From: the human T2T-CHM13v2.0 reference genome, Homo sapiens
Direction: 5' to 3' (one strand)
DNA: 64,000 nt
NCBI RefSeq assembly: GCF_009914755.1
Contig: NC_060941.1
Part shown: piece by piece, positions 1 through 22,082 of the stretch
Position numbering within the stretch: the first letter of the stretch is position 1
Layout of the letters: the number at the start of each line of letters is the position of its first letter
The notes under the pieces: model-generated
Seen by the model: only the letters and a program-made list of their open reading frames with translations
Database searches by the model: none
What the model was told of the DNA's origin: nothing
Program-made: the position numbers and the translations under genes

Positions 1-32
1 TAAAGTATTCACAAAACAGACCCTGACAATAA

Positions 33-408
<376 letters not shown>

Positions 409-616
409 GACCAATTTTTTTTTACTGCCTACCTTTAAAAGAAATGTTTAATTAGAACTTAGACTTATTAGCTTTTCAAGACTAGAAATATGAACCAGTA
501 AAATCACCCATGCTATTTTCTCTTCTTTTCAAAGTCCAAAGTATCTATGTAACAAATTACGTATTTCATTGTAAATGAGAGCAGTCATAGGCTAATGGTT
601 AGAAAGTATGGCTCAC

Positions 617-781
617 TTCAATAGGATGGCTGTTATCTAAGGCGTCAAGCTCCTGGGCACGGGTGTAATCAGCAGAAACAAACTGAGTCCAAATATCATA
701 CTCTGGGAAGCAGTGGTCTACACACAGATATTCAATCCAGGATGCAAAACCTTCATTTAACCAAAGATGAGTCCACCATTC
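617..781 (-). CDS. NPEPPSP1: exon 10 (EWWTHLWLNEGFASW...DNSHPIE), third zinc ligand E375
   Basis: acceptor TTTAG|GAA, donor GAA|GTGAGC, 165 nt; NEGF Glu codon at 754-752. Confidence 0.93.
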
Positions 782-1001
782 CTAAAAACAGAAGATGAAA
801 ATACTTAAAGAAATTGAAATGATTGTCATTCTACTAATCTAAAACACTCACATGTCCCTTCCACTATATTCCAAAACTCACAATTTAATGACCTAAAATT
901 CAGTTCAAAACATTTCGCAAAGAACTCACATTTCTGAAAAAGAGAGAAGACTAAAAGAGATGTCAAGAAAGGCCAACTGGTGATATTAGAATTATATCTG
1001 A

Positions 1002-1452
<451 letters not shown>

Positions 1453-1921
1453 TCCTAAGTAACTTTTTAAATACCAAAGGTAGAAAAGGAAGAAGAGGGA
1501 AAAAAAAAATAAGCCCATATATGGAAAAGGAAAAGACAGCAGATAAATATAGGCAAATAGAGGTGGAAAATATAATCACGTAGAATTTAGTATAGTAAAG
1601 GATTATCTCTGAAAAACAAAAACAGAAAACTATCAGAGCCAAATAAAGAAAAATGGAAATGACTGGGGAAAACCACTCACTAATGAGTTGAATGTTCAAG
1701 AGAAACTGAGAAAGAGTACTGCTTATATAAAAATTATGTGAAATTAAACAAAAATGTAGTTTAGTAATGAATGGTGTTTAAGCACTTATGGAATATAAAA
1801 TTATCACCTGTTAAATAAGAATGCATAGTAAATGGAATGGACAAAGAATATGAGTGACAGATAAAATCAGTTTTTAAAAAATTTTATTAAAGTTGATTAA
1901 GCCTATTAGTGAAAGAAAGCA

Positions 1922-2561
1922 GGCCAGGCACAATGGCTTGCTCCTGTAATGCCAATACTCTGGGAGGTCAAGGCAGGAAGATCACTTGAGCCCAGGAGTT
2001 TGAGATAAGCCTGGGTAACACAGTGAGACTCCATCTCTAAAAAAATTAAAAAGTAAAAAAAAATTAGCTGGTCATGGTGACACACACCTGTGGTCCCAGC
2101 TACTTGGGAGGCTGAGGCAAGAGGATTACATAAGCCCAGGAAGATGAAGCTGCACTGACCCATGATTGTGCCACTGCACTCCGGCTTGGGTAACAAAGTG
2201 AGATCCTATTCTCCATCCCCAACCAGTCCCCCCAGAAAAGGCCAGGTGTGGTAGCTCATGCCTGTAATCCCAGCACTTTGGGAGGCTGAGGTGGGAGGAT
2301 TGCTTGAGCCCAGGAGTTTGAGACCAGTTTAGGCAACAAAGTGAAACCCTGTCTCTACAAAAGGCAATACAGTGAAACCTTGTCTCTACAAAAAGTGCAA
2401 AAATAAGCTGGGCATGGTGCCACACACCTGTAATTGCAGCTACTCAGGAGGCAGAGACAGGAGGATTGCTTGAGCCCAGAGGTCAAGACTGTAATGAACC
2501 ATGATTGTGCCATTGCACTCCAGTTTAACTGACAGAGTGAGACTCTGTCTTAAAAAAAAAA
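1922..2561 (+). mobile_element. two old (J-like) Alus; second has an internal duplication at about 2330-2394
   Basis: GAGCCCAGGAGTTTGAG J-type motif; GTGAAACC.TGTCTCTACAAAA present twice. Confidence 0.85.
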
Positions 2562-2911
2562 TTATTTTGATATTAAGTGATAAGTGGCTATTTGCCTAGT
2601 AGCTTCCTAAAATAAACTAGCATAAAATGAAACTTATTTTCCAACCTATCCCTAAGCCCTTGGAATTTCAGTTCTAATAACTAGAATAGTTACATAAAAC
2701 CAGTAAAAAGTTGTTTAATAAGAATGTACACATTTCCCCTACTAAAATTTATTGCTTGTAGTTTCAAAATAAAATCATAAAGTTATCTCAAAGCCAAGCA
2801 AAAAAATTATTTGGTACAAAGTAGCAAACTCGCTGCATTAGAAGAAAAGGCCATTTCTTCACATATTTGAATACAGGCACCAACACATAGTTCCACATGA
2901 AATTATATTTC

Positions 2912-3215
<304 letters not shown>

Positions 3216-4150
3216 TGAAATTATATTTCAAAGAATTTTTTTCACCTGTAAAATTTTAAACATCCAAAATAAAAGGAAAAGATTTATTTTCAAGGGTTGA
3301 CTTTCTGTAGAAACTCTCTGAGACACGTAACAGTTGATAAATGTCTTACATTCTTATTTATATAACGTATGGACTCAATCTACATTCAAATCAGGTTCTG
3401 CTCTTTGGCAGCCTAAAATGTCAGGGAATCTAGCTGGCTCCAGAATATCCAGTTATTTAATTGCAGAGGTACATCTAGTTCACTTATTAAATCCTGTGCT
3501 CCCAAGCTCTAACACAGTTGGCATTCATAAATAGTATTTACTTAGAGTAAGAGTGAAAAATCAGGACTGAAGGACAGAGATCATTACTGCAAACATTATA
3601 AGGATTTCAACAGAACAGCTGGAATTTTAATACAGCTTTATTCTGCAGTCACTCTGCAGTTTGTTTACTTTTATTTCATTAAATTTCAACTTAACATTTT
3701 AGGCAATGAAAAAACTGACTCCTAAAAACATTTCTCTCTAATTAAAGATCAGTCTGTTATTCATCAGGTTACTTTTCAGCTGTGAGTCAGATTAACAAAT
3801 AAGATTCAAGAAACTACAGTTAGCCTGGAATCTCACTGCATGATTCATTCATCTACACCTAAGAGGAATCTTTTCCTCTCACCCAAATTAGTATCTTGAC
3901 TTTTCCCATTTGCAGACAAATTTTAGAACAGTTTAGGAAGTGTCTGTTGAATAAAGACTGTCCATATGCCCTTGTTCAATGCAGAGATTCTGATAAGCCC
4001 TTTCAAAGTGGACCTTTTAAAATAATACTTTTCTATCACTCAATTATTTTTTGGCACAGTGTTGCAGCCAAACTTGAAATACTATGTAGCCAAAATAATG
4101 TGGAGTAGGATGAAGATAAATATATTTGAGCACTTAAAAATATTAAATAC

Positions 4151-4265
4151 CATAGTAACAAGATTTCCAAACCATTGATGGGCAAGTTCATGTCCCACAA
4201 CCAGAGCAACCCACTGGCGGGATGAAGAACAGGAATTTTTTGGATCAATAAGCAATGCAGTCTCC
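4151..4265 (-). CDS. NPEPPSP1: exon 9 ([10 protein letters not shown]...[17 protein letters not shown]), zinc-binding HEXXH
   Basis: acceptor CATAG|G, donor ATG|GTATTT, 115 nt; HELAH at 4192-4178. Confidence 0.94.
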
Positions 4266-5117
4266 CTATGTTTAAAAAAAAAAAAAAAAGAAACAAATTT
4301 AAACAATAAAAGTGGGCATGCATAAGTTGGGAAGATTCAGACAGTAAGTCAGATGGACAAGTTAGGCTTTAGAGATATTAGGAAAATATTTCCTAATATG
4401 GAAAGAAAAAGTTTCACGAAGATTAAAGACTACCCCAACAGAATTAATACAACAGAATATCAAAGATGTGACACAAGTTTAATTATCAGTTTGTTGATAG
4501 AATAGCTGCCTGAAATTTTGGGAAAACATTGTCTAAGGGATTAGCGATTACTGTGCTAGATGGAGAGAGAAGAAAGTCCTTTCATTAAATGAGGGGAGTG
4601 GTGGAGGAAGATGCATTCCATAGTCCCAAAAACAGCACTGAGCCGGCCGTTCAACACTTAGCTCATCTAAGAAGGCAATTGAAAGTAGAAGGCAAAAACT
4701 TGTTTACAGACAGACTCTGCTTTTAAAAGTTATTCAACTCACATGTTTATGTTGTGGTGACAGACATGTAAAAACTTGGCTAGAAGATATGAAATTAGGG
4801 AAGGTTCTCCAAGCTGGATAAATAGCTGTGAAACTACTGGCAGGAAAGAAAGGCACTGCAATGAGAAACTTAGCCAAGAATATATCTAAAAATGCTACTA
4901 CCGCCAGATGCTCACTTTAAAATCTTACACCCTCAGACAGTAGCACCAAAGGGAGAGGTGTCCATCTGCATTCTTGAAATGTGCATGGAAGTGGGGGAAG
5001 GTAGAAAAATTTACACCATATCGTAAAGCAGAAGCTACTCAACTGTGATTAGGAGGGAAGCCCTTTTGAAATCAGTGATTTGAAAAGATAAGGCAGGGTA
5101 ATACATCATTAACATAC

Positions 5118-5151
5118 CTATAAGTAACAAGGTCCCAGTTCTCCATGGCAC
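5118..5151 (-). CDS. NPEPPSP1: exon 8, 34-nt micro-exon encoding GAMENWDLVTY
   Basis: acceptor TGAAG|GTGCC, donor TAG|GTATGT; GAMEN exopeptidase motif followed by W-D (GAC, 5134-5132). Confidence 0.92.
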
Positions 5152-5179
5152 CTTCACAAAATAAATATAAACATTTATT

Positions 5180-5182
<3 letters not shown>

Positions 5183-5220
<38 letters not shown>
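5183..5220. repeat. (AT)19 microsatellite in the 140-nt intron 7
   Basis: direct reading. Confidence 0.95.
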
Positions 5221-5222
<2 letters not shown>

Positions 5223-5291
5223 TCTTGCATCAAAAGTCACAAAATTTTAAAAAGTTATTACAATTCAGCAATAAAATGAAATTTACTTTAC

Positions 5292-5388
5292 CAGCTGCAA
5301 AGTCTGCAATAGCAATGAGATCAATTTTAGGTAGAGGATAAGGAACATTGAAGTAGTCCTTATAAAAAGGCAAGGTTTTAGCAGCAAC
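5292..5388 (-). CDS. NPEPPSP1: exon 7 (VAAKTLPFYKDYFNVPYPLPKIDLIAIADFAA)
   Basis: acceptor TATAG|GTT, donor CTG|GTAAAG, 97 nt. Confidence 0.93.
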
Positions 5389-5834
5389 CTATAAAAGTAT
5401 AAACAAAATAACCATCTAATAAATATGTTATTATAATTCATATTGAAACCCACAAAGGAATCCTGTTGCAAGCCAATGTATCTTAAATTACTAGAAATGA
5501 ATCCCAGGGAGCCCTACCTCCGAAGACTGCCTTAGCTCCAAACTTTGAATACAATGGCCAAACTTTAATCCATTTATAACTTGATATGAAAAATATAACT
5601 ACATATTTTCCAACCCATTCCCTAGAGAAATTCCACTCTTATATTCTCTTAATTATTATTTTGTAAAATAACGAAACACCAAGGTTGGCATTTCCTAAAT
5701 TCTATTAAAAATAAACCAAGTAGCACAACTTTCAGATTAAATTATAAATAACTGTACTAATAATTGACCAGAAATGTAAATTCCCCAACCTGGAGTTATG
5801 GACTGCTGGAACAATCCTCTTCAAGTACATTTAC

Positions 5835-6035
5835 CTCTAATGCAAATTTTCCTTGTTCTGCTTTGCCAACAGGAGTGTAAACACAGACACACACACCATC
5901 TTTTGACCTTGTTTCTACAAAGTCATATTCACCCACAACAAATGCCACCAGATATGTAGATGTAACAGGTGTGCGGGCAAACTTCACTTCCACTAAATTT
6001 TCATCATCAGGGTATGGTTTCCGGTCAATTACATT
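5835..6035 (-). CDS. NPEPPSP1: exon 6 (NVIDRKPYPDDENL...QGKFALE)
   Basis: acceptor TAAAG|AAT, donor GAG|GTAAAT, 201 nt; carries T241 (ACA, 5963-5961) and C267 (TGT, 5885-5883). Confidence 0.93.
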
Positions 6036-6407
6036 CTTTAAGAAAGAAAAAAAAGAAAAATTTAAATAGGTTTACATTAATACCATAGAGCAAATACCAG
6101 CCAAAAACTGTAGGCTTTATTGCATCTCTTTCCCCCTTTCTATTCTAGCATGGCTTATTTCTCTACCCCAATTCATCCAGTGCTTTTATGCTGTCTTTAA
6201 GAAGGAAAGTGGTCTGATAAAACACTCATACTAAGAAGCTGGAGGCTGAAGTGTTAAAACTACCAAGGACCTGTGAGAGAAAAGAGGAATGGACTTTTCT
6301 CGAATACTTATTATAAGCCAGGCATTGGGATGATTTAAGTAAGGGCTTCATACTTTTCAACTGACATAAGTTTAGGAGAAAATGACTATTAATAAAAATA
6401 AAATAGG

Positions 6408-6750
<343 letters not shown>

Positions 6751-7246
6751 CTAGATCGAGGGCATTCTCTACCAAAGTTGGCTCTAAGCTTATTTGTGAA
6801 GAAATTTCAACTTTACCTTTGGAGTCCCTAATTTCCTTTGGTGTTCTCCCTCTTTTTCCTATTCAGGCTCCATTTCCTCAAGCTCTCTCTATTCTTCCTT
6901 CCAAGGAAGACTTATTCAAGAACACACTGATAAATTCACTCATACTAAAGTGTGAATGAATATTTCTGCTTAATGTATTAGCCTCCTCTTCTAAGAATAT
7001 GTGTGAAGAGAATGACATTCTATTTATGGGATGCTCTCCCCCAGTAAATACATAAAAGAGTTATTTTCAGGTGCAGCAGGTTTTTCCAAGTTCCCCACAC
7101 AAGACAGTCCTAGACAACACACTTCAAGTGGGGAATGCTTACCCTGTTCATGAATGAGATCAATAACACTGGTGAAGAGAATACATTCCAAGAATACAAA
7201 CAGCCAGAAACCTAAATATACTTCATTATGCAGCTACATCTTTTGA

Positions 7247-8294
<1,048 letters not shown>

Positions 8295-8332
8295 TAAATT
8301 AAAAGAAGTAGATAATCTTATAAATGTATTTA

Positions 8333-8569
<237 letters not shown>

Positions 8570-8689
8570 TTATGTTCCTATAATATACCAGCACTGTGGT
8601 AGGTGGTTTCATATTATCCCATCTAATCAGCAAACTAAATCTGCTAAAGCCTATTAAAATTTTAGATAAACTTATAAACACATACATAC

Positions 8690-8797
8690 CATGTTTGATA
8701 AAGCTACTCTGTCTTTAGGAACAACCAATGAGATATCAAAAGTTGCTTTGATAGCAGGCTCATCCCAGCAAGGAAAAGCCCTTCGGGCATCAGTAGC
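8690..8797 (-). CDS. NPEPPSP1: exon 5 ([20 protein letters not shown]...LSNM)
   Basis: acceptor TTAAG|GCT, donor ATG|GTATGT, 108 nt; [12 protein letters not shown]1 motif. Confidence 0.93.
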
Positions 8798-9494
8798 CTT
8801 AAGAAAAGAATATGAAATATAAATACCTTAGAATTAACCTAACAAGTTATTTCATAAAGCAGTCGCCATTTCCCTCTGTCATTCATTCATTCCCTTGTTC
8901 AAATATTTACTTTCTCTTCAGTGCCAGGCAACAAGCTAGGCATTAACTAGAAAGAAAAGACAACACTTGCTACCACTGCCATTCTAGCAAATATCCAGGA
9001 ACAGTGTCTGCTATGGATTTTAACAATATATTATAATTATTTACAACTAAATTTTTGTTTACATTTTAACATTTCAAATTTAATGCAAATGCCTTCAAAT
9101 CAATAATGTTAACACAACACAGAGCACAGAACAGTAAAGAGTATGCTATAAGAATTCAAAGTTGGGAAAACATGGTAAGTTGCCTCTCTGGCTTTTATTT
9201 TTGAATTAAAAATAAAAATATTCTCAATCTTTGATGTGCTTTGTTCTTTATCTGGAATGGCAGCAATGGGAATAAAGACAGATGCTCTATCAATTCAAGA
9301 CAGGTCATTCATTTAATGGCACTTCCATATGCTACACATAAAACTGTCGCCACTTGACCTACTTGAGTCCTTACTCTTTCATTAAAAATTTAAAAAAGAG
9401 CAACCTTATGAAAGCAAAATAAAACTTAGGGGTTCTGCAGGGTATCAGTTATAAAGGAAAGACACTTCAGTAAACAGAATTTTCCATTTATTTA

Positions 9495-11560
<2,066 letters not shown>

Positions 11561-11564
11561 CAAA

Positions 11565-11592
11565 TATATATATGTGTGTATATATATATATG

Positions 11593-11627
<35 letters not shown>

Positions 11628-11634
11628 AGAGAGA
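11565..11634. repeat. compound (TA)/(CA)/(GA) microsatellite
   Basis: direct reading. Confidence 0.9.
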
Positions 11635-12045
11635 AAAAAAATCAAAGACAGCACAGATACTACAGTAAGATAAACAAAAGATGTCAAAGAAGGAAAGGAA
11701 TTCTAGAAAACAGCTAATAATACTGTAGGAAAAGCCATAGGTGTCAAATACTAAGAGAATGATTTTAAGAAAGGTACACAGTATATAGGCAATTCAGGTA
11801 TCAAAATGTGTCGTGTGTTTGAATGTCTGTGTGTATAACTGTATATAATCATTCCCCAACCCATACCCTTAATTCCCTCCTTTCTATAGAGATAATGGCT
11901 AAATATAAAATAAAAATTCTAAAATTGTGAATACAATCATGGCCAAGGGCACCTAGCCTCAAATAATCACCCCACATAATAAACACACCTTTGTCAGAAT
12001 GCCTAATTTAAGAATAATAATATTTTAGAGAAGAATAACCCATAC

Positions 12046-12167
12046 CTCAAACTGTGTTACAGCAGCATAGCGCACCTCTCCAGAAGGGGTAGTATACTTA
12101 CTTCTATAGAAACCTTTCATTTTGTCATTCAGCTCTCCAACAAAATCTATCTTTAAGGTTCCCGTAC
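12046..12167 (-). CDS. NPEPPSP1: exon 4 (GTGTLKIDFVGELNDKMKGFYRSKY...TQFE)
   Basis: acceptor CACAG|GTACGG, donor GAG|GTATGG, 122 nt; M1-typical GFYRS and TQFE. Confidence 0.93.
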
Positions 12168-12459
12168 CTGTGATTGAAGATAAATAAAAAACACTTTTAT
12201 GGAGATGTTAAACACAGTTACCAAAAATATGTCCTCAAGACACTATATTCAGTTAGCTATTTACAATGTTCAAATCATTCCTTCCTTTTTCAAATATTCC
12301 TCCTGGCAATGGAGAGAATACAGTACTTACTAAAGTAAAAGGCAGACTAATCCTAAAATAACTCTTGAAAGTCATGTTTAGGGTGACTGCCTAAAAAGTT
12401 ATTAACTTAGTCTCAAACTACCAATATGTGGAAATAAGAACAGGAAAGGAAACAAACAT

Positions 12460-12675
12460 TTATTCTTAAATGCCTGATATGTGCTATTGTGCACAGTGCT
12501 TTTAAAATATATATAACTATTTATAAACCTGGAAGTAGATATTGTCCTCATTTTTTCAGATGAGGAAACTGAGGCTGAGAAGCTAAATAACTTGTCCAGT
12601 GTCATAAAATTAGTAAGTAGTGAGAATGGGATAAAATGTTAAGTCCAGAATTCATGCTCTCTGCCAATTATACAT
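12460..12675 (-). mobile_element. MIR
   Basis: core CAGATGAGGAAACTGAGGCT on + strand. Confidence 0.75.
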
Positions 12676-13326
12676 GTGAATTGGTCCTTTTACACAACTT
12701 CATGCATAGAAAGAGAAATGTAGCCAATTACTCTATCAAGATAAGACACTAAATGTTTACTCCAAATGGAACACTGATTGCATAATTTTGTAAGGAGCTA
12801 TAGGGAAGACCAATGATTTGATCAGCAACAGGGCATAAAACAAATTCTTACAAGTCACCTCAATCATTTGAAATCTGACAAAGAAATACATTTAATTAAT
12901 AAATTATTAAATGCAAATAAAAATACAACTTAAATATGTATTCTATTGTATAAGAGCAAAAACAATTTAGACAAAAAAGTGAGCTTTTTTGAGTTTATAT
13001 ACTTTCTTTTTTATAACATAAAAAATTATAATTATTATCTAGTAATCATCTGCTAAATACAGATGCATGGCAAAACAGTAATCCCATTCTGTGTTTTACA
13101 AATCAAGTCACGAAAAAACGTAGAGGAATGGTGACTTTTTAGTTGACCATTTTAAAGGCCCTACGTATATCAAGATTTAAAGCATGGGAAGTCTAACAAA
13201 TCAAAGATAGGGCATGACTATAAAGTAATTAACCAATCATACCAAACTTTTATATCCTAATGTTTCAAATTGTCATTTTGGAACGCTAAAGAGCAATGAC
13301 ATTTGACATTGTTCAAAATGTTGTGA

Positions 13327-13635
<309 letters not shown>

Positions 13636-14938
13636 TGACACTCTTTTGAATGATCTCAAAGTCAAATCTTCATCTTATAAAATTGAATTTGCTTTTGGAA
13701 AGGACCAAAAGTTATGGGGAGTGCGAGTCTACAGAATAAGTGAATGACAAACTACAAACTGTCTCTAGCCTGATGCCTCAAACTGGTTCTGAAAGTAATT
13801 TAAGTGAAAATTTCAGACCTTTAGAGCAAAGTCACCACTAATGAAAGTGCTATATTCTTAATCATTCTGAGAAAAAAACAACTCAACTGAAGCTTAATTG
13901 AATAGACATTTGTGATGTTTATTTTTTAGAAATCAGATATTTGTAAATATCTAAAGAGGACAATGAATACTTTTTTCTTTAAAGAGAATGACAGGTTACT
14001 GGGACAGTATATATGGATATAGTAAAATAATTGATAATTCTAAATGATACTAAAAAATTAAACTATAAAGCAAAATTTAAATTAAAAATTTTTAATTTCT
14101 ATTTTCTTTAGAAGTTCACTTAATTTTTTTAAAAAAGCAAATGTATTCACATTAATAAAGTTTGCAAAGAACGTCTAACAGATTATAAAAACCTACTACC
14201 TTTAATGGAAACTATATGATGGAATTTTATGTTACAATTCCATAAGTGGAATTGCCCAGTCTGTTTCACTAAGTCAGTCAACTGTTAAGATGTTTTTTAA
14301 ATATAATTCATATTTCATGGTAAATCTACTTGCATTTTTTCCTAGTTGGAACATAAGTGGTTTTAAAACTCATAACTAAATAAGAAAGACTGCTTACACT
14401 TTTACTCGGTTTTAAATCTCCAAGGCCATCAAACCATAACAAGATATTGACAGTGACCACTTCCAAAAAGTGGCATACTAAACAAAATACAAAGTATTGG
14501 AAAGAGTTATTACCTGAAATTCAAACAAAACACAAGTTAAAGTATTTAAAAATCATTAATAAGTTTAATTAGTGTCACATTATATGATACCAATTACAAA
14601 GTATTTACTTACTATTCATATAGTAGAATTTTAGGGCAAGTAGGAGAAAAAATGACTTTTTAATAAATTTCATTTATCAAATTTACACCATATTAATGAA
14701 CGGATTGCCAAATTGTCTAATTTTATACCTATCAACACACATAATTTACACCACTTCCTCAAATTAGATACCTTATTTCATATCCAATGTATGAAATATT
14801 TATGTTTGGGGTTGTAAACCTTTTGAAACATACATCAAGCTCGTTTATAAAGTAAACAACTGAAAAATTGGGACTTCCATCAAAAACCTTAAATGTTTAA
14901 AGCTTAGGAGAGTATAACAATTGTAAAACCTGGAGTAA

Positions 14939-15256
<318 letters not shown>

Positions 15257-15656
15257 GTCACCACTTTTTATTATCTTGTTTTTGACTCTTCAAAATGCTG
15301 ACAACTACCAGTGTTTCTCCATATAAATGCCACCCTCAGGACCCTCAGCCACTAATTCTAAGGTTGTTAGACCTTACAATAATTATGGTAATTTAATCAC
15401 TATCCCAGAATGGTGCCAATTTCAGAAAAGTAGGTTTTACTTAGCTGTATAATAGCTTGCATTACTGTTAAATTTGATGAGGCTAAACACAAAGGTTATT
15501 AATGTCCTCCTAAGATAAGCTCAGTATTTGCTTCATTATCAGATAGATCACTTGTGCAATCTGTCTTGAAAAAGATTAACTTCATTTTTAAAGCAAACCT
15601 TGGGAAAATGTGAAAGCCAATGGTTTCAAACAGATATTCAATAATTCAATATTGTC

Positions 15657-16029
<373 letters not shown>

Positions 16030-16477
16030 TCAAAATTGTTATATTGGCCAAAAATATCAAAAATTATGTTAAATCATACTATACTAATGGTCATAACCTT
16101 CTCTAACTTGTTTGTTATTATTTGAAATAGCTTCACCATTTAGCATGTCTGCTGTAAACAGACCTTATCAAGAATGATACATCTCTTATATACTAGTAAT
16201 AAATGGCCTCCAATATTTACAGTTAAGGGGAAAAGAAGAAAGGTGCAGAACATTATGTATGGCATGGTGATTTCTGTGTTCTTAAAAAGTATATATATAA
16301 ATGCTTACAAAAGCAGGGTATAGTTTTGAAAGGAAAATTTCATTTCATTCTGTTGAGGAATGGAGCTGAGAAAGAAGACAGGGTAGACTGGCAAACAAAA
16401 TTTCATTGCATAGCATTTGAATTTCAAATTATGTAAATGTACTATGTTTTTGAAATATTTAATTTGAAAAATAAAGA

Positions 16478-17020
16478 TAGCACAATGTGGTGGTTAAAAG
16501 TGCAGACTTTTGAGTTAAACTGCTTGGGTTTAAATCCCAGCTATGTTACTTACTAGCTATGTTACCTTGGACAAATTATTTAAGTTACTGAAATCATTTT
16601 TCTGCCTTAGTTTATCTACAAAATAGAAGTAACAGAATCTGGCTGGCGTAGTGGCTCATGCCTGTAATCTCAACATTTGGGAGGATGGCAAGATCCTCTC
16701 TCTGAGGTAGGAGGATCACCTGAGGCCAGGCATTTGAGACCAGCCTAGGCAACATAACGAGACCCTGTCTCTACAAAAAAATTTAAAAATTAACCAGATG
16801 CACTGTCATGTGTAGGCAGTCCTAGCTACATGGGAGGCTGAAGTGGGAGAATCACTTAAACCCAGGAGTTTGAGGCTGCAGTGAGCCGTGACTGCACCAC
16901 TATACTCCAGCCTGGGTGACAGAGAGACTTTGTCACAAAACAAATCTACCTCAAAAGGTTGTTGAAAGGACTAAATAAATTAATATTTTTGAGGCACTTA
17001 AAACAGTACTTGGCACAGAT
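16478..17020 (+). mobile_element. MIR interrupted by an Alu (16641-16943, +)
   Basis: GTGGTTAAAAG...CTTACTAGCTATGTTACCTTGGACAAATTA...ACAGTACTTGGCACA. Confidence 0.7.
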
Positions 17021-17024
17021 TATG

Positions 17025-17027
<3 letters not shown>

Positions 17028-17062
<35 letters not shown>
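17028..17062. repeat. (GT)n microsatellite
   Basis: direct reading. Confidence 0.95.
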
Positions 17063-17066
<4 letters not shown>

Positions 17067-17279
17067 CATATCTTCTATCATGTTAGAAGTTTCTGTCTAC
17101 TCTTCCCTGGTGAATTCTAGCAAATAAACTGATTCCTTTTGATAAATATAGAATGTTTAACTTTTTAAATTTAATGAAAAATGGTTACCATATTTCCTAA
17201 TGCTGAACAACAATTCAATCTACGCTTTTATTTTCTATACTGGCTAGGTTTATATATCTTTTGGGACTATTTTTAAATA

Positions 17280-19190
<1,911 letters not shown>

Positions 19191-19199
19191 TCTGTTAAA

Positions 19200-19680
19200 T
19201 GCTACCCCAGTGACTTTGGGCTTGGTCATGCTACTTGCTTTGGTCAATGAAATGTGAGTAGACATCAAGTATACCACCATCACACAGAAATTTTATTTTT
19301 TATTTTATTTTTTATAGAGACAGGGTCTCACTACATTGCCTAGGCTGGTCTCGAACTCCTGGGCTCAAGCAATCCTCCTGCCTCAGCCTCCAAAAATGCT
19401 GGGATTACAGGTGTGAGTCACCACGCCTGGCCATGCAGAAGTTTTAAATGTGTCTTTGTGGTCTAGCTTTCTCCCCATCCCTGAGCCTCTGCCCTCTGCC
19501 ATGCATGATACAGAGAGTGGCTGCTCGCTGACTACTAGTCCTGGAAAGACAGCTGGGAGCCAAGTGGAGCCAGCAGAGTTGGTGATATGGCTGCATATGA
19601 TCAGCAGTCCTCATGGCCCATGTGTAAAAAAGAAAGAAATCTCAGTGGTTATAAGCCACTGAGATTTGTGATCCTATCTG
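19200..19680 (+). mobile_element. MaLR (MLT1-like) LTR with an Alu monomer insertion (19290-19432)
   Basis: GACTTTGGGCTTGGTCATG...TTGCTTTGGTCAATGAAATGTGAG and TAAGCCACTGAGATTTG. Confidence 0.6.
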
Positions 19681-19688
19681 TGGCTTAA

Positions 19689-20142
<454 letters not shown>

Positions 20143-21139
20143 CATTTATTTTTATAATAATTACACATAAAGGGCCTCCAAGAGCACTGAAATAAAAGAC
20201 TAAACATCTCCAATTTAAATTTTTTCTAAAAATAATTTTATATTAATTCAATAGATTCTCAGTAGGAAAATTGTGAAAATCAGACAAAAGATATAAATAA
20301 GAATAAAAATCACCAATTATGTCAACACCCAGACATAATTATCATTTTATTTGTGCCATTTAGAGACATGATTCACCACCTTAAATATGTAATTTTATAT
20401 TCTTCTTTTCAATTTTACATTATAATAAGCACTTTACAGGGTTAAGAATTCGCAAACCTCACTTTTAATTGCTAAGTATATTTCACTATATAGATATATC
20501 ATTCCTGGCTTGATCATTTCCTTAGTGTTGAACAAATATATTAATTATAATTTTTTACTACCGTAAGTAATATCTCAGACACTTCTGGGCATAAAGTATT
20601 TTCTGTATTTATGACTTTTCCTTGGGATATATTCCTATTAGCAGAATTGCTGGGTCAAAGGACATGAACATATTTAGGCTCTTGATACTGCCAGAATGCT
20701 TTACAAAAAAATTACATGGATTTATACTCCCCCCAGCGATATCAAGGCAGCCATATCATTGGGAATTTTTTAAATTTCAGCTCACATGAGAAGCAAAAAT
20801 TTCTCATTACTAGGAGGCTCAATATCTTTTCACATGTTTATTAGTCATTTACATTTTCTTCCTTTTGAATTATCTGTTCCTTTTCATTTGTTCATTCATC
20901 AAAGTCTTAGTACTTCACCAATTGATTGGTATATAATTTCTTCCACATATACTAAGCTCAGAAAGTCTATTTCTTTGTGCTTTTATACCTAACAATAGTA
21001 ACATATCAACGTATCTTTCTTTCTGTGCCCTCAATAACACAATACCTATTTGATCTCTGGTTGTATATCAAAATCATCTGTGACCATTCACTTCAGGGAT
21101 TTGGATTGAATTAATAGAAGATGGAGCTAGGTAAAAGTA

Positions 21140-22060
<921 letters not shown>

Positions 22061-22082
22061 TTACAAAAGCTATGTCTCTTAC

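Noticed and set aside
4082-5993. ORF-track proteins 4082-4306 and 5796-5993 as stand-alone genes
   Set aside because: They are exons 9 and 6 read into flanking intron sequence.
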